Shown here piece by piece: positions 49,829 through 58,653 of a stretch of 64,000 nt of DNA. This stretch comes from an uncultured bacterium. Its GTDB lineage: Bacteria; Zixibacteria; MSB-5A5; CAIYYT01. Positions within the stretch are counted from its first letter, which is position 1. Every line of letters begins with the position of its first letter. The notes below the pieces were generated by a model. It saw only the letters and a list, made by a program, of their open reading frames with translations. It was not told the DNA's origin and made no database searches. Both the position numbers and the translations under genes were made by a program. Where the stretch lies: assembly GCA_963726455.1 (NCBI GenBank), contig CAVSCK010000003.1, forward strand, positions 736,001-800,000, in the 5' to 3' direction.

Positions 49829-50967
49829 GCGATGACCTTCAGACGGGGATTATCTCTGAAATTCGGAATCGTCACTCCGAGACCGGGTCTGTCGAGCACT
49901 CTTATACAGCCCCTTTCTATCGGCAGCGACTCCAAAATCAGTGGATCAGACAACAAATCCAGCGTGTCCAATCCGCACGGCAGCACGTTTTGTCCGAGCG
50001 CCGCTGCCAGATGCAGATTCGCCGCAAGACCAACACCACTCTCAATCGCCGAACTGATAACCGACTCGATTCCGTGGCCTTTCAATTCACTTATCAGTCG
50101 AATCATCGACACGATTCCACCGGCGATTGTTGGCTTGATAATGGCGACGTCAAATGCCTGCTGTCCAGCAAACCAGAACGCCCGATCAAGGATATTGAAG
50201 CTCTGTTCTCCCACGCGGGAGTCGAGCAATGTCTCATCAAGTGCAATACGCATGCCGGTCTGCGCCCGCAACGGCGCCAGCCGTTTATGCAATCCAGTTT
50301 GTAACGGTTCCTCAATGTACTCAATGTTATATTTGTGGACGCTCTCTAGAAGACTGGCCGCCTGAGCAAAATCGAATGATCGATTTGCATCCAGGCGAAT
50401 CCGGATGCCATCACCGACACTATCTCGCAAGAGCGCAATCCTGGCAAGGTCATCCTCCCGATCTGTGGTTCCTGCCTTGAGCTTGTATGCCGGGTATCCT
50501 CGCGGCAACTTGAGTTCAATCTGTTTCCTGATTTCAGACAATGATCCTGACACAACGGCGTTTACGGGCACCTCAGCAACCGCGCGAGGATTGAGCCACC
50601 TGGACAACGACATTCCCGCCCTTTGTGATGCCAGGTCACCAAGCAACGTCTCCAATCCAAAACAAACGCTCGGAGGCATCGCCGGGTCTTTCAGCAGTTC
50701 CCCGCAGATATCGTGCGCCTGTGATGGCGACTCGGGTACCAACTTGCCGCGCAATCGTTGCACCATTGTTATCGTTGTCGCGCGGACATCATTTAGAGCT
50801 TCCACGCTAAAACCTTCAAGAGGCGCGATCTCGCCCAAGCCGATCAAACCTGCGTCGGTCTCGGCTCTAATGATCAATCCCTGTCTGTTCCTGATCGTGC
50901 CGACGGCAGTGACCAGTGGAGTACGTAACGGCACCCGGTATTCGGCAATCTCGATCCTGTTGATCAT
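49825..50967 (-). CDS. menC: o-succinylbenzoate synthase
   Basis: GEIAPL.GFS.E, YKLK, RLDAN, YIEEP, ALDE. Confidence 0.92.
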   Translation of the reverse strand: MINRIEIAEYRVPLRTPLVTAVGTIRNRQGLIIRAETDAGLIGLGEIAPLEGFSVEALNDVRATTITMVQRLRGKLVPESPSQAHDICGELLKDPAMPPSVCFGLETLLGDLASQRAGMSLSRWLNPRAVAEVPVNAVVSGSLSEIRKQIELKLPRGYPAYKLKAGTTDREDDLARIALLRDSVGDGIRIRLDANRSFDFAQAASLLESVHKYNIEYIEEPLQTGLHKRLAPLRAQTGMRIALDETLLDSRVGEQSFNILDRAFWFAGQQAFDVAIIKPTIAGGIVSMIRLISELKGHGIESVISSAIESGVGLAANLHLAAALGQNVLPCGLDTLDLLSDPLILESLPIERGCIRVLDRPGLGVTIPNFRDNPRLKVIA

Positions 50968-51866
50968 CGCAACAGCCAGCCGACCGAGAAACATGCTCCG
51001 AACAACAGCAGGAGCCGTCCCGTTCCCGCCAGTGTTTCATTGAGCGCCGCGCCGGCAGACTCACTCTGGACAACTTTGATCAATGGAATTGCGGCCAGAA
51101 TCGTAATGCACGAGAGCATTGCCCCCGGATGCGTACGGAATATCAGATAATGCGCCGGCGCGTACAACATCGCCAGGACAATAGCCACAATATATTCCGC
51201 CTGCGCAAATCGCCTGCCGAATCGCACCGCCAGGGTCCGTTTGCCGGTCGCACGATCGGTGTCGACATCACGCAGATTGTTGACTACCAAAATCGCAACT
51301 GACAACAACCCCGGCGCCAGGCCGGTCGCAATGACCTGCCAATTTACTTTGATAGCCATGACATAATACGTCCCGGCTACCGGCACGAACCCAAAGAAGA
51401 CAAGCACGAATATTTCGCCGAGTCCGATGTATCCGAGCGGGTACGGTCCGGCGGTGTACAGCACGCCGAAGAGTATCGATGTCAATCCGATTATGACAAT
51501 CGGAAGTCCGCCCCGGCTTACCAGATAAAGGCCAACCAGAAACGCCAGCGCGAAGACGATCACCGTCGCCGCGCGCATTTGCGTTTCTGTCACCAACCCC
51601 GCCTGCGTGACACGCAGCGGCCCCAGCCGCTCATGCGTATCAACTGCCTTCTTGAAGTCGAATAAGTCGTTGGCATAATTCGTGCCGATCTGTATCAGCA
51701 GTCCGCCGATCAGCGCCGCCACAAACGACGGCAAATGAAAGACATGGTCGGAGATCGCAAGCGCGCCCGCAATTATCACCGGGGTCAATGAGGCCGGCAG
51801 CGTCTTGGGACGAGCTGCCAAGAGCCAAATCTGCAGCTTGCTGTAATGTCGTTCGGTCTCTGTCAT
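50964..51866 (-). CDS. menA: 1,4-dihydroxy-2-naphthoate polyprenyltransferase
   Basis: AARPKTL, NYANDLFD, NNLRDVDTD...GKRTLAVRFG. Confidence 0.95.
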   Translation of the reverse strand: MTETERHYSKLQIWLLAARPKTLPASLTPVIIAGALAISDHVFHLPSFVAALIGGLLIQIGTNYANDLFDFKKAVDTHERLGPLRVTQAGLVTETQMRAATVIVFALAFLVGLYLVSRGGLPIVIIGLTSILFGVLYTAGPYPLGYIGLGEIFVLVFFGFVPVAGTYYVMAIKVNWQVIATGLAPGLLSVAILVVNNLRDVDTDRATGKRTLAVRFGRRFAQAEYIVAIVLAMLYAPAHYLIFRTHPGAMLSCITILAAIPLIKVVQSESAGAALNETLAGTGRLLLLFGACFSVGWLLR

Positions 51867-51876
51867 TGCTGCGCGC

Positions 51877-52698
51877 TCAGGGGTTGCGCTTGAATTTCGA
51901 GAAGTTCGGTTTGCGTTTTTCGACATAAGCGTTGCGCCCCTCTTGTGCTTCGTCGGTCATGTAATACATCATCGTCGCATTGCCTGCCAGTTCCTGCAAC
52001 CCCGCCTGACCGTCGCAGTCGGCATTCAGCGCGGCCTTGAGGCAACGTATTGCCAGTGGGCTGTTCGCCAAAATTTCGCGGCACCACTGAACGGTTTCTT
52101 CTTCCAACCTTTCGTACGGCACCACTTGATTTACCAGTCCCATTGCCAATGCCTGCTGGGCATCGTACTGCCGGCAGAGAAACCAAATCTCGCGCGCTTT
52201 CTTCTGCCCGACAACTCGCGCAAGGTAGCTGGAGCCGTAACCGCCGTCGAAAGAGCCGACCTTCGGACCGGTCTGGCCAAAGCGAGCATTATCGGCCGCA
52301 ATCGTGAGATCGCACATCAAATGCAGCACTTGTCCGCCACCAATAGCATATCCGGCCACCATCGCGATTACCGGCTTCGGCAGTGTTCGAATTTGCCGCT
52401 GCAAATCCAGGACGTTGAGGCGATGCACGCCCGACTCATCCTTGTATCCCGAGTCGCCTCTGATCTTCTGATCGCCACCCGAGCAAAACGCCTCCTTCCC
52501 CTTGCCCGTCAGAATGATTACTCCAATCTTAGAATCCTCTCGCGCATCTTCAAACGCGACCGACATCTCCTTGACTGTTAATGGCCGAAATGCATTCCGT
52601 ACCTGCGGGCGATTGATCGTGATTCTCGCGATACCCGCAGCCTTGTCATATTCGATGTCTTTGTAGTCGCCGGCCTTAACCCACTTTATTGCGCTCAT
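51877..52698 (-). CDS. menB: 1,4-dihydroxy-2-naphthoyl-CoA synthase
   Basis: [27 protein letters not shown]. Confidence 0.98.
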   Translation of the reverse strand: MSAIKWVKAGDYKDIEYDKAAGIARITINRPQVRNAFRPLTVKEMSVAFEDAREDSKIGVIILTGKGKEAFCSGGDQKIRGDSGYKDESGVHRLNVLDLQRQIRTLPKPVIAMVAGYAIGGGQVLHLMCDLTIAADNARFGQTGPKVGSFDGGYGSSYLARVVGQKKAREIWFLCRQYDAQQALAMGLVNQVVPYERLEEETVQWCREILANSPLAIRCLKAALNADCDGQAGLQELAGNATMMYYMTDEAQEGRNAYVEKRKPNFSKFKRNP

Positions 52699-52730
52699 AG
52701 CTTCTATCTCCCTGAATCGATTTTGCGAAC

Positions 52731-53528
52731 TCAAGCACTAATATCATTAAAGAAATCGCGCAGTCGCGCAAGGAATTCCTGCGGACGCTCGAAATGGACA
52801 TTGTGACCGGCCTCTGCGATGATTTCCCGGCTACCATGTCGAAGATGCCTCACGGTCTCCTCCGCGATTTGGGAATACTTCTCGTCGAGAGCACCGGCGA
52901 CGACCAGCACAGGCATTGGCAGCGAGTCCAATTCATCCCATAGTGACGGTTGCCTTCCGACACTGAGACCTCGAAACGAAAGTGCAATTGAACGCGGATC
53001 GTGGCCTGTACGCGTTTGCTTCAGTGTCGCCAGTCGCCCAGGATCACGCTGCAATGATGCAAACAGCGGCGCCTTGTACCAATCATCCAGGAACTTAGCC
53101 AAGCCATCACGCTCAAGCAACAGCGCCAGTTGATCGTCCTGGTCTGCCCGTTCCTGGCGTTCACGCGCGTCGGGAATTCCGGGATTGACGCTCTCCAGCA
53201 CCACCGCTCGGACGCGGTCGGTAAATTTGAGAGAAAAGTAGAGCGCGATTCGTCCACCCATCGAGTAGCCAATGATGGTCACGCGATCTACCCTTAGATC
53301 GTCAGCCAGTTCCATGAGAGAGTCAGCCGCAGCTTTCATGCTCGGCTGAGTATCCGGCGACGCCAGCTTGCTCAATCCATGTCCCGGAAGATCCGGCAGA
53401 ATGCAATAGTGATCGGCGGCAAACGCTTCGGCGATTTCCTGCCAATCCGTACCAAGGCCCAGAAATCCGTGAAGAAACAGAAGTGCCGGTGCCTTCGGAT
53501 TCCCCAGTGTCTGATAATGCAGTTTCAT
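52731..53528 (-). CDS. menH: SHCHC synthase
   Basis: [28 protein letters not shown]. Confidence 0.93.
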   Translation of the reverse strand: MKLHYQTLGNPKAPALLFLHGFLGLGTDWQEIAEAFAADHYCILPDLPGHGLSKLASPDTQPSMKAAADSLMELADDLRVDRVTIIGYSMGGRIALYFSLKFTDRVRAVVLESVNPGIPDARERQERADQDDQLALLLERDGLAKFLDDWYKAPLFASLQRDPGRLATLKQTRTGHDPRSIALSFRGLSVGRQPSLWDELDSLPMPVLVVAGALDEKYSQIAEETVRHLRHGSREIIAEAGHNVHFERPQEFLARLRDFFNDISA

Positions 53529-53539
53529 GAGTGCGTTGC

Positions 53540-55306
53540 TTAATTGGGCGCCAGAGCCCTGCGGACTTCGTCGGCAACAAGTTGCCAGACTTGTTGATGC
53601 TGCTCGAAGTTCCGACTGCGGTCGGTAGTCACTTCAATTATCCCTGACTGGCCGATCAGGTAGCTTTCGTTCATCGCCTTGGCAAACTCCGACAGGCAAC
53701 GCACCCTGCTGTAGCCGATACCAAATTGATGCGAGGCATATTCGAATGTCATCTCGTGCGGCGTGCCGAAATACGGCTCAAAATGATCTTTGACGTCTGC
53801 CACGCGCAGGAATGAGAAAATGCCTCCGCCATTGTTGTTGATTACTACGATCGTAATCGGCTGCTTCGCGCGGCTCACTAACGACAGCGAATTGAGATCG
53901 TGCAACAGCGCCAGATCGCCGGTCAGCAGTGTCACCGGCAATTGCAGACCTTCGGAAAGTCCGACGGCGCTTGCCACCGTGCCATCGATACCATTGACAC
54001 CGCGATTCGCCGCTACGTGAATCCTTGTCTGACACTGCGATACAAATGAATCAGCATCCCGAATCGGCATACTTGTCGCCAGATAGATTCCGCGCTCCTG
54101 TCCGCTTTGCCGGAATATTTCGGGAGCAACCGCCAACTCAAGTGGTTGATCCGCAGATGACGCTACGTAATCATTCACAACCTTTGCGGTCAGTTGATCG
54201 GCTGACAAGAAAACATCTTTCAGTTCCGATTTGCCTTCGTCTACGTGAGCAAACATTGCTTCTGCAAACGTTTCCGGATCAGCGACGATCCGATGACTTA
54301 CTGCGTGCGCCGGATCTTGTCTGACCGGATGGCTCTGCACAACAATCCACCTGGCGCCGCATTCTGCCATGTATCGCTGAACATGCTTCGAGATCGGCAC
54401 TCCTCCGAATTGAAGAATGCAGTCGGCTTTGGGTCTCTCCCTGATCTCAGGAATGCGCAGATAAAGATCGGAATGGCAAATCAGATTCTCGGAGAAATCG
54501 CCGCAAGTTCTTAGCCCTGATGAAATATCCGCCAACAGCGGCCAGTCCAACTTGTCTGCCAGCGCTCTAATACTCCGATGTTCTTGCCAGGACGGCAACG
54601 GCCCGGCGATGATAATTCCCCTTTTCGACGCCGCCAATTCAACTGCGACCGTTTCCAGAGTATCATCGGCGGGCAACCCTCCGATATCATAATTTGTGTA
54701 AGCGGAATCAGATGTCAGCCACCGTTCGACCGGCGAAAGATAGTTCGACCAATCGTTGTTTTCATCTGTCGGAGCAAGCGGCTCGCGGAAAGGGCAGTTC
54801 AAGTGAGTCGGTCCCATCGGAGATGAATTGGCGCGGGCGCAGGCCTTATCAACGGTGGTCAACAGAAATGCCGGCGAAATGGATTCCGTCGGAGTCGGTA
54901 ACGTGGCCGCCCAGCGCGTGTACTTGCCGAAGATTCCGTTCTGATCGATCGTCTGCAACGCGCCTGTGTCCAACAGCTCGGGCGGCCTGTCAGCGCTGAG
55001 TATTATCAGCGGAGTGCCGGATTGACTGGCCTCCACGACTGCCGGAGAGCAATTAGCGACTGCGGTACCCGATGTGCAGATTACTGCCGCCGCAATACCG
55101 GTGGCGCGGGCATAACCGACGGCGCAGAAAGTTGCCCCGCGCTCATCAAAGTGAACTATCGTTTTGATTTTCGGATTTCGTGCCGCGGCAAGCGTTAGAG
55201 GTGACGATCGCGAACCGGGTGCTATGCAGATTAACATAACGCCGTTGCGGGCGAGTTCCTCAATTATCAATTCCGCCCAGAGGAAATTGAGGTGGTCGGA
55301 CGTCAC
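53540..55306 (-). CDS. menD: SEPHCHC synthase
   Basis: PGSRSSPL, HFDER, TSGTAVAN, NRGVNGIDG, GDLALLHD. Confidence 0.97.
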   Translation of the reverse strand: MTSDHLNFLWAELIIEELARNGVMLICIAPGSRSSPLTLAAARNPKIKTIVHFDERGATFCAVGYARATGIAAAVICTSGTAVANCSPAVVEASQSGTPLIILSADRPPELLDTGALQTIDQNGIFGKYTRWAATLPTPTESISPAFLLTTVDKACARANSSPMGPTHLNCPFREPLAPTDENNDWSNYLSPVERWLTSDSAYTNYDIGGLPADDTLETVAVELAASKRGIIIAGPLPSWQEHRSIRALADKLDWPLLADISSGLRTCGDFSENLICHSDLYLRIPEIRERPKADCILQFGGVPISKHVQRYMAECGARWIVVQSHPVRQDPAHAVSHRIVADPETFAEAMFAHVDEGKSELKDVFLSADQLTAKVVNDYVASSADQPLELAVAPEIFRQSGQERGIYLATSMPIRDADSFVSQCQTRIHVAANRGVNGIDGTVASAVGLSEGLQLPVTLLTGDLALLHDLNSLSLVSRAKQPITIVVINNNGGGIFSFLRVADVKDHFEPYFGTPHEMTFEYASHQFGIGYSRVRCLSEFAKAMNESYLIGQSGIIEVTTDRSRNFEQHQQVWQLVADEVRRALAPN

Positions 55307-56730
55307 GCCCTGACTCCGGAGAACACCTCAAGCGCACCCGCAATCTTTTGCTCCAATTCCAACCACTCGGCGTCCGGGTGCGAACCCCGGACAATGCCCG
55401 CGCCGGCAAACAGTGAAAGTCTGTCATCGCTAATCAATCCCGACCGGATCGCGACAGCGAAATCAATCTCTGTCTTCGAAACCATCCCCACGCCGGAAGC
55501 ATACCAACCTCGGTCGAATCCCTCCATTTCACTCGACAGCTCGCGCGCCACTTGCTGAGGCGTTCCGCACACCGCCGCTGTCGGATGGATTGTCTCATAG
55601 ACGTCTGCGGAGGTGACGCCTGCCTTCAGTGTTCCGGCGAATCTTCTGACCAGATGTTGGACTTTCGCGAGCCGAACCACTTCATTGGCCTCAGAAACCG
55701 CAACCGCGTCGCACAATTGGGCAAGCTTGGCGCGCAGATCATCCACGACATAACGATGCTCGCAAATATCTTTGTTGCTTTGCTGCAGGCGAGCAGCGTT
55801 TACGCCGGTTTCGGCAATCGAGTTTCCGGCAGCAATAGTGCCGGCAACCGCCTCGGTCGCAAGTCTCGTCCCGCTCAATTTGAATAGACGTTCAGGCGAC
55901 AAGCCGACGAATGCGGAAGTCCTCGTCGGTTCGATTATGAACGCATAACTGAGTTGGCCCAGTGGCAGCATCACCTCAAGATAATTACACGGTTCAAGAC
56001 GTTCGGACAATTGCAGGTCAGACCTCCGCGCCAGCACAACCTTGTCTGCCCGCTTCATGCTTATCTCGTGCAGTATTCTGTCTGCACCTGTACGCCAGTC
56101 ACCGGCACTCGGAGTATCGGATCGCGACAGAATCTCAGGTATATCAACAGAACTCGAACCATCGGTCTTACGGGAAAAATTCAGTGACTCCAACAACTCG
56201 GCGTGAAGGTCTTCGATAGTTTTCCCGCCTTGCCACAGGGTTGTCGCCGTGATCGTGTAATTGTCGTTTTCACGCATCACTATCACTCGCGGAAGAACAA
56301 ACCATACCGCAGGAAAATGTCTCCAGAGTTGATCCGGCTGTCTCTCGATGTCGAAGCGCGTTCCACCGAAGAATCTCAAGGCGGAATCATCGGGTGACTT
56401 CGCCAGCATGTCTGTCATGCGGCCAAAGGCGCCTTTCAAATCCGACGAGTTGTCCCCGCTTATGACAAGCGTCGCGCCCACTCCGGCAATTTCCAGATCA
56501 CCCTCGCGATTTCGCCAGTAGACACGCGGACTTTCGTTCGACCGCCGCAACCAGCGCACAACATTGACAGCATCGCAGGAAATAGTGCAGGCAATAGGCA
56601 CCGGTTCAGAAGATGCTCCGCGGCTTTCGATGACGTCCAATGCTTTCGCCAGTTGCCTGTCAAGGTCAGACTGAATCTGAGTATACGAGATCGAGTTGAC
56701 TCCCCTGCCGTCATACGCGCTGCTCTTCAT
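55303..56730 (-). CDS. menF: isochorismate synthase
   Basis: KVVLAR, SPERL, EAVAGT, HPTAAVCG, DRGWY, AIRS, FAGAGIV. Confidence 0.93.
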   Translation of the reverse strand: MKSSAYDGRGVNSISYTQIQSDLDRQLAKALDVIESRGASSEPVPIACTISCDAVNVVRWLRRSNESPRVYWRNREGDLEIAGVGATLVISGDNSSDLKGAFGRMTDMLAKSPDDSALRFFGGTRFDIERQPDQLWRHFPAVWFVLPRVIVMRENDNYTITATTLWQGGKTIEDLHAELLESLNFSRKTDGSSSVDIPEILSRSDTPSAGDWRTGADRILHEISMKRADKVVLARRSDLQLSERLEPCNYLEVMLPLGQLSYAFIIEPTRTSAFVGLSPERLFKLSGTRLATEAVAGTIAAGNSIAETGVNAARLQQSNKDICEHRYVVDDLRAKLAQLCDAVAVSEANEVVRLAKVQHLVRRFAGTLKAGVTSADVYETIHPTAAVCGTPQQVARELSSEMEGFDRGWYASGVGMVSKTEIDFAVAIRSGLISDDRLSLFAGAGIVRGSHPDAEWLELEQKIAGALEVFSGVRA

Positions 56731-56736
56731 GTAGGG

Positions 56737-57699
56737 TCAGGAATTCTTGGCGAAATAGATTCGAGTCAAATCGCGCAACAGCCGCTCGAAATGTTCCAGC
56801 GTGAGCGCCTGCTTGCCGTCGGAAAGTGCGGCGTGCGGTTGCGGATGAACTTCCAGCATAATGCCGTCCGCTCCCGCGGCGGTGGCAGCCCGAGCCAGCG
56901 GCGCCACCAGGTCGGCCCTGCCGGCAGCATGCGAAGCATCGGCAATCACCGGATATGTCGATAGCTGCTTGACCAGCGCGATCGCCGCGATGTCAAGTGT
57001 GTGCGCAACCTGCGGCTCGAACGTGCGGATTCCGCGCTCACAGAGGATGATTTCGTTGTTACCGCCCCGACTGATGTATTCCGCGGCCGCGAGCCATTCG
57101 TCGATCGTCGCCGCCATGCCCCGCTTAAGTAAGATCGGCCGCCTTACTGAGCCGAGGGCGGTCAGTAATGTATAGTTGAACATGTTGCGCGATCCCACCT
57201 GCAGAATATCAGCATACTGTGCCACGGTATCGATCTGGGATCGATCCATCACTTCAGTCACGACATACATGCCGTGCAAGTCCGCATGCTTACGCAACAA
57301 CTCGAGCCCGGGTCTTCCGAGGCCCTGGAATGAATCCACGGAGGTACGCGGCTTATATGCGCCCGCCCTCAAATAGCGAACACCCAACCCGCCAAGGAAA
57401 TCAGCGGTCGTAGCCAATTGTGCTTCATTTTCTACCGCACAAGGACCGGCGATTACCGTCAATTGATTGCGCTGGAGAATCTGGCCGTAGCAATCGTTTT
57501 CCCGGCCCCGCATTATCGTCAGGCCGCGGCCGCCATCTGCGACTTCGTCCAGACGACTGCGAAGCTCTTTCGTCAGCGGTCCCAGGACTCGCACGACCGC
57601 GGTATCATGCACCGATACTTCGTAGTCGATGCCCGCTTCCTTCAGGATACTCACGAAGCTTTCTTGTCTCTTATCGTCGATGGCGAAACTGTAAATCAA
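56737..57699 (-). CDS. aroF: 3-deoxy-7-phosphoheptulonate (DAHP) synthase, class I-beta
   Basis: IAGPCAVE, GAYKPRTS, LLKRG, LCERGIRTF, DASH, EVHP. Confidence 0.92.
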   Translation of the reverse strand: MIYSFAIDDKRQESFVSILKEAGIDYEVSVHDTAVVRVLGPLTKELRSRLDEVADGGRGLTIMRGRENDCYGQILQRNQLTVIAGPCAVENEAQLATTADFLGGLGVRYLRAGAYKPRTSVDSFQGLGRPGLELLRKHADLHGMYVVTEVMDRSQIDTVAQYADILQVGSRNMFNYTLLTALGSVRRPILLKRGMAATIDEWLAAAEYISRGGNNEIILCERGIRTFEPQVAHTLDIAAIALVKQLSTYPVIADASHAAGRADLVAPLARAATAAGADGIMLEVHPQPHAALSDGKQALTLEHFERLLRDLTRIYFAKNS

Positions 57700-58433
57700 A
57701 TCTTTCTTCCCGTATAGATTGATACGATGCCGAAACTGAGAGGTTCCGCCGTTATCTCAACGAATCCAGCTTGTTTCATAAGTCGGCAAAAATCCTCTCC
57801 ACGAGGAAACGTCTCTATTGTCCGGTCGAGATATCGATAGGCATCCGAATCGCCGGAAACGAGCCCTCCGATCATCGGCACCACATTTCGCAGGTACAAT
57901 CGATGCAGAAATCTTAGTACACCGCTTGACGGAGAGGAAAACTCCAGGACAATCACCTTGCCGCCCAGATTAAGGAGGCGATTCATCTCTTTCAGGCAAC
58001 CGGGCGCTTCAGGCATATTTCGTATTCCAAATGCAATCATCGCGGCGTCGCACGACAAATCCCTGACCGGAAGCATCATGCCATCTCCCAGCGCCAGCGA
58101 TATTGAACTCGAATTCTGTTTCCCCGTAATTTTCGCTCGGGCCAACTGCAGCATTCTTGACGCCTTGTCGATCCCGATAACTCGGCATTCGCCTTTCAGC
58201 GACTTGACCGCCGCCAGGGCCAGATCGCCGGTGCCGCAGGCCAGGTCAAGTATCACCTGGTTCGGTTTCCGATCGATCTTGTGTACCGCGCGCCGGCGCC
58301 AATAGAAATCCATCCCCAATGACAAAAGGTGATTTAGCAGATCGTAGCGGCGGGAAATTCCGTCGAACATGCGGTGGACATTGACCCGGGATGGCACAGG
58401 AGTCGCATTGGTCGCAATTTGCTTATTAGTCAT
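57696..58433 (-). CDS. menG: demethylmenaquinone methyltransferase
   Basis: MFD.IS.RYDLLN.LLSLG.D..WRR, LDLACGTGD, AFGIRN, AYRYL. Confidence 0.93.
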   Translation of the reverse strand: MTNKQIATNATPVPSRVNVHRMFDGISRRYDLLNHLLSLGMDFYWRRRAVHKIDRKPNQVILDLACGTGDLALAAVKSLKGECRVIGIDKASRMLQLARAKITGKQNSSSISLALGDGMMLPVRDLSCDAAMIAFGIRNMPEAPGCLKEMNRLLNLGGKVIVLEFSSPSSGVLRFLHRLYLRNVVPMIGGLVSGDSDAYRYLDRTIETFPRGEDFCRLMKQAGFVEITAEPLSFGIVSIYTGRKI

Positions 58434-58653
58434 TGATTCACTGTATCCGGACACGTCTGCAAACCCTGTCGATTTGATACGCTCTATCAGTCGATCGCGG
58501 CGGTTTTCAATTCTCTCCACCGCAGCTAAAGAATATACCCTCAGACAGTGGCGAACGCAAATGCTTAGCTGACCGCCGGTGGCGGCAGTCAGCCGGCTGT
58601 AGCCGGACTCAGTGCGCCGGCCTGATCTGGATATTTCTTTGATACTGTTAGAG

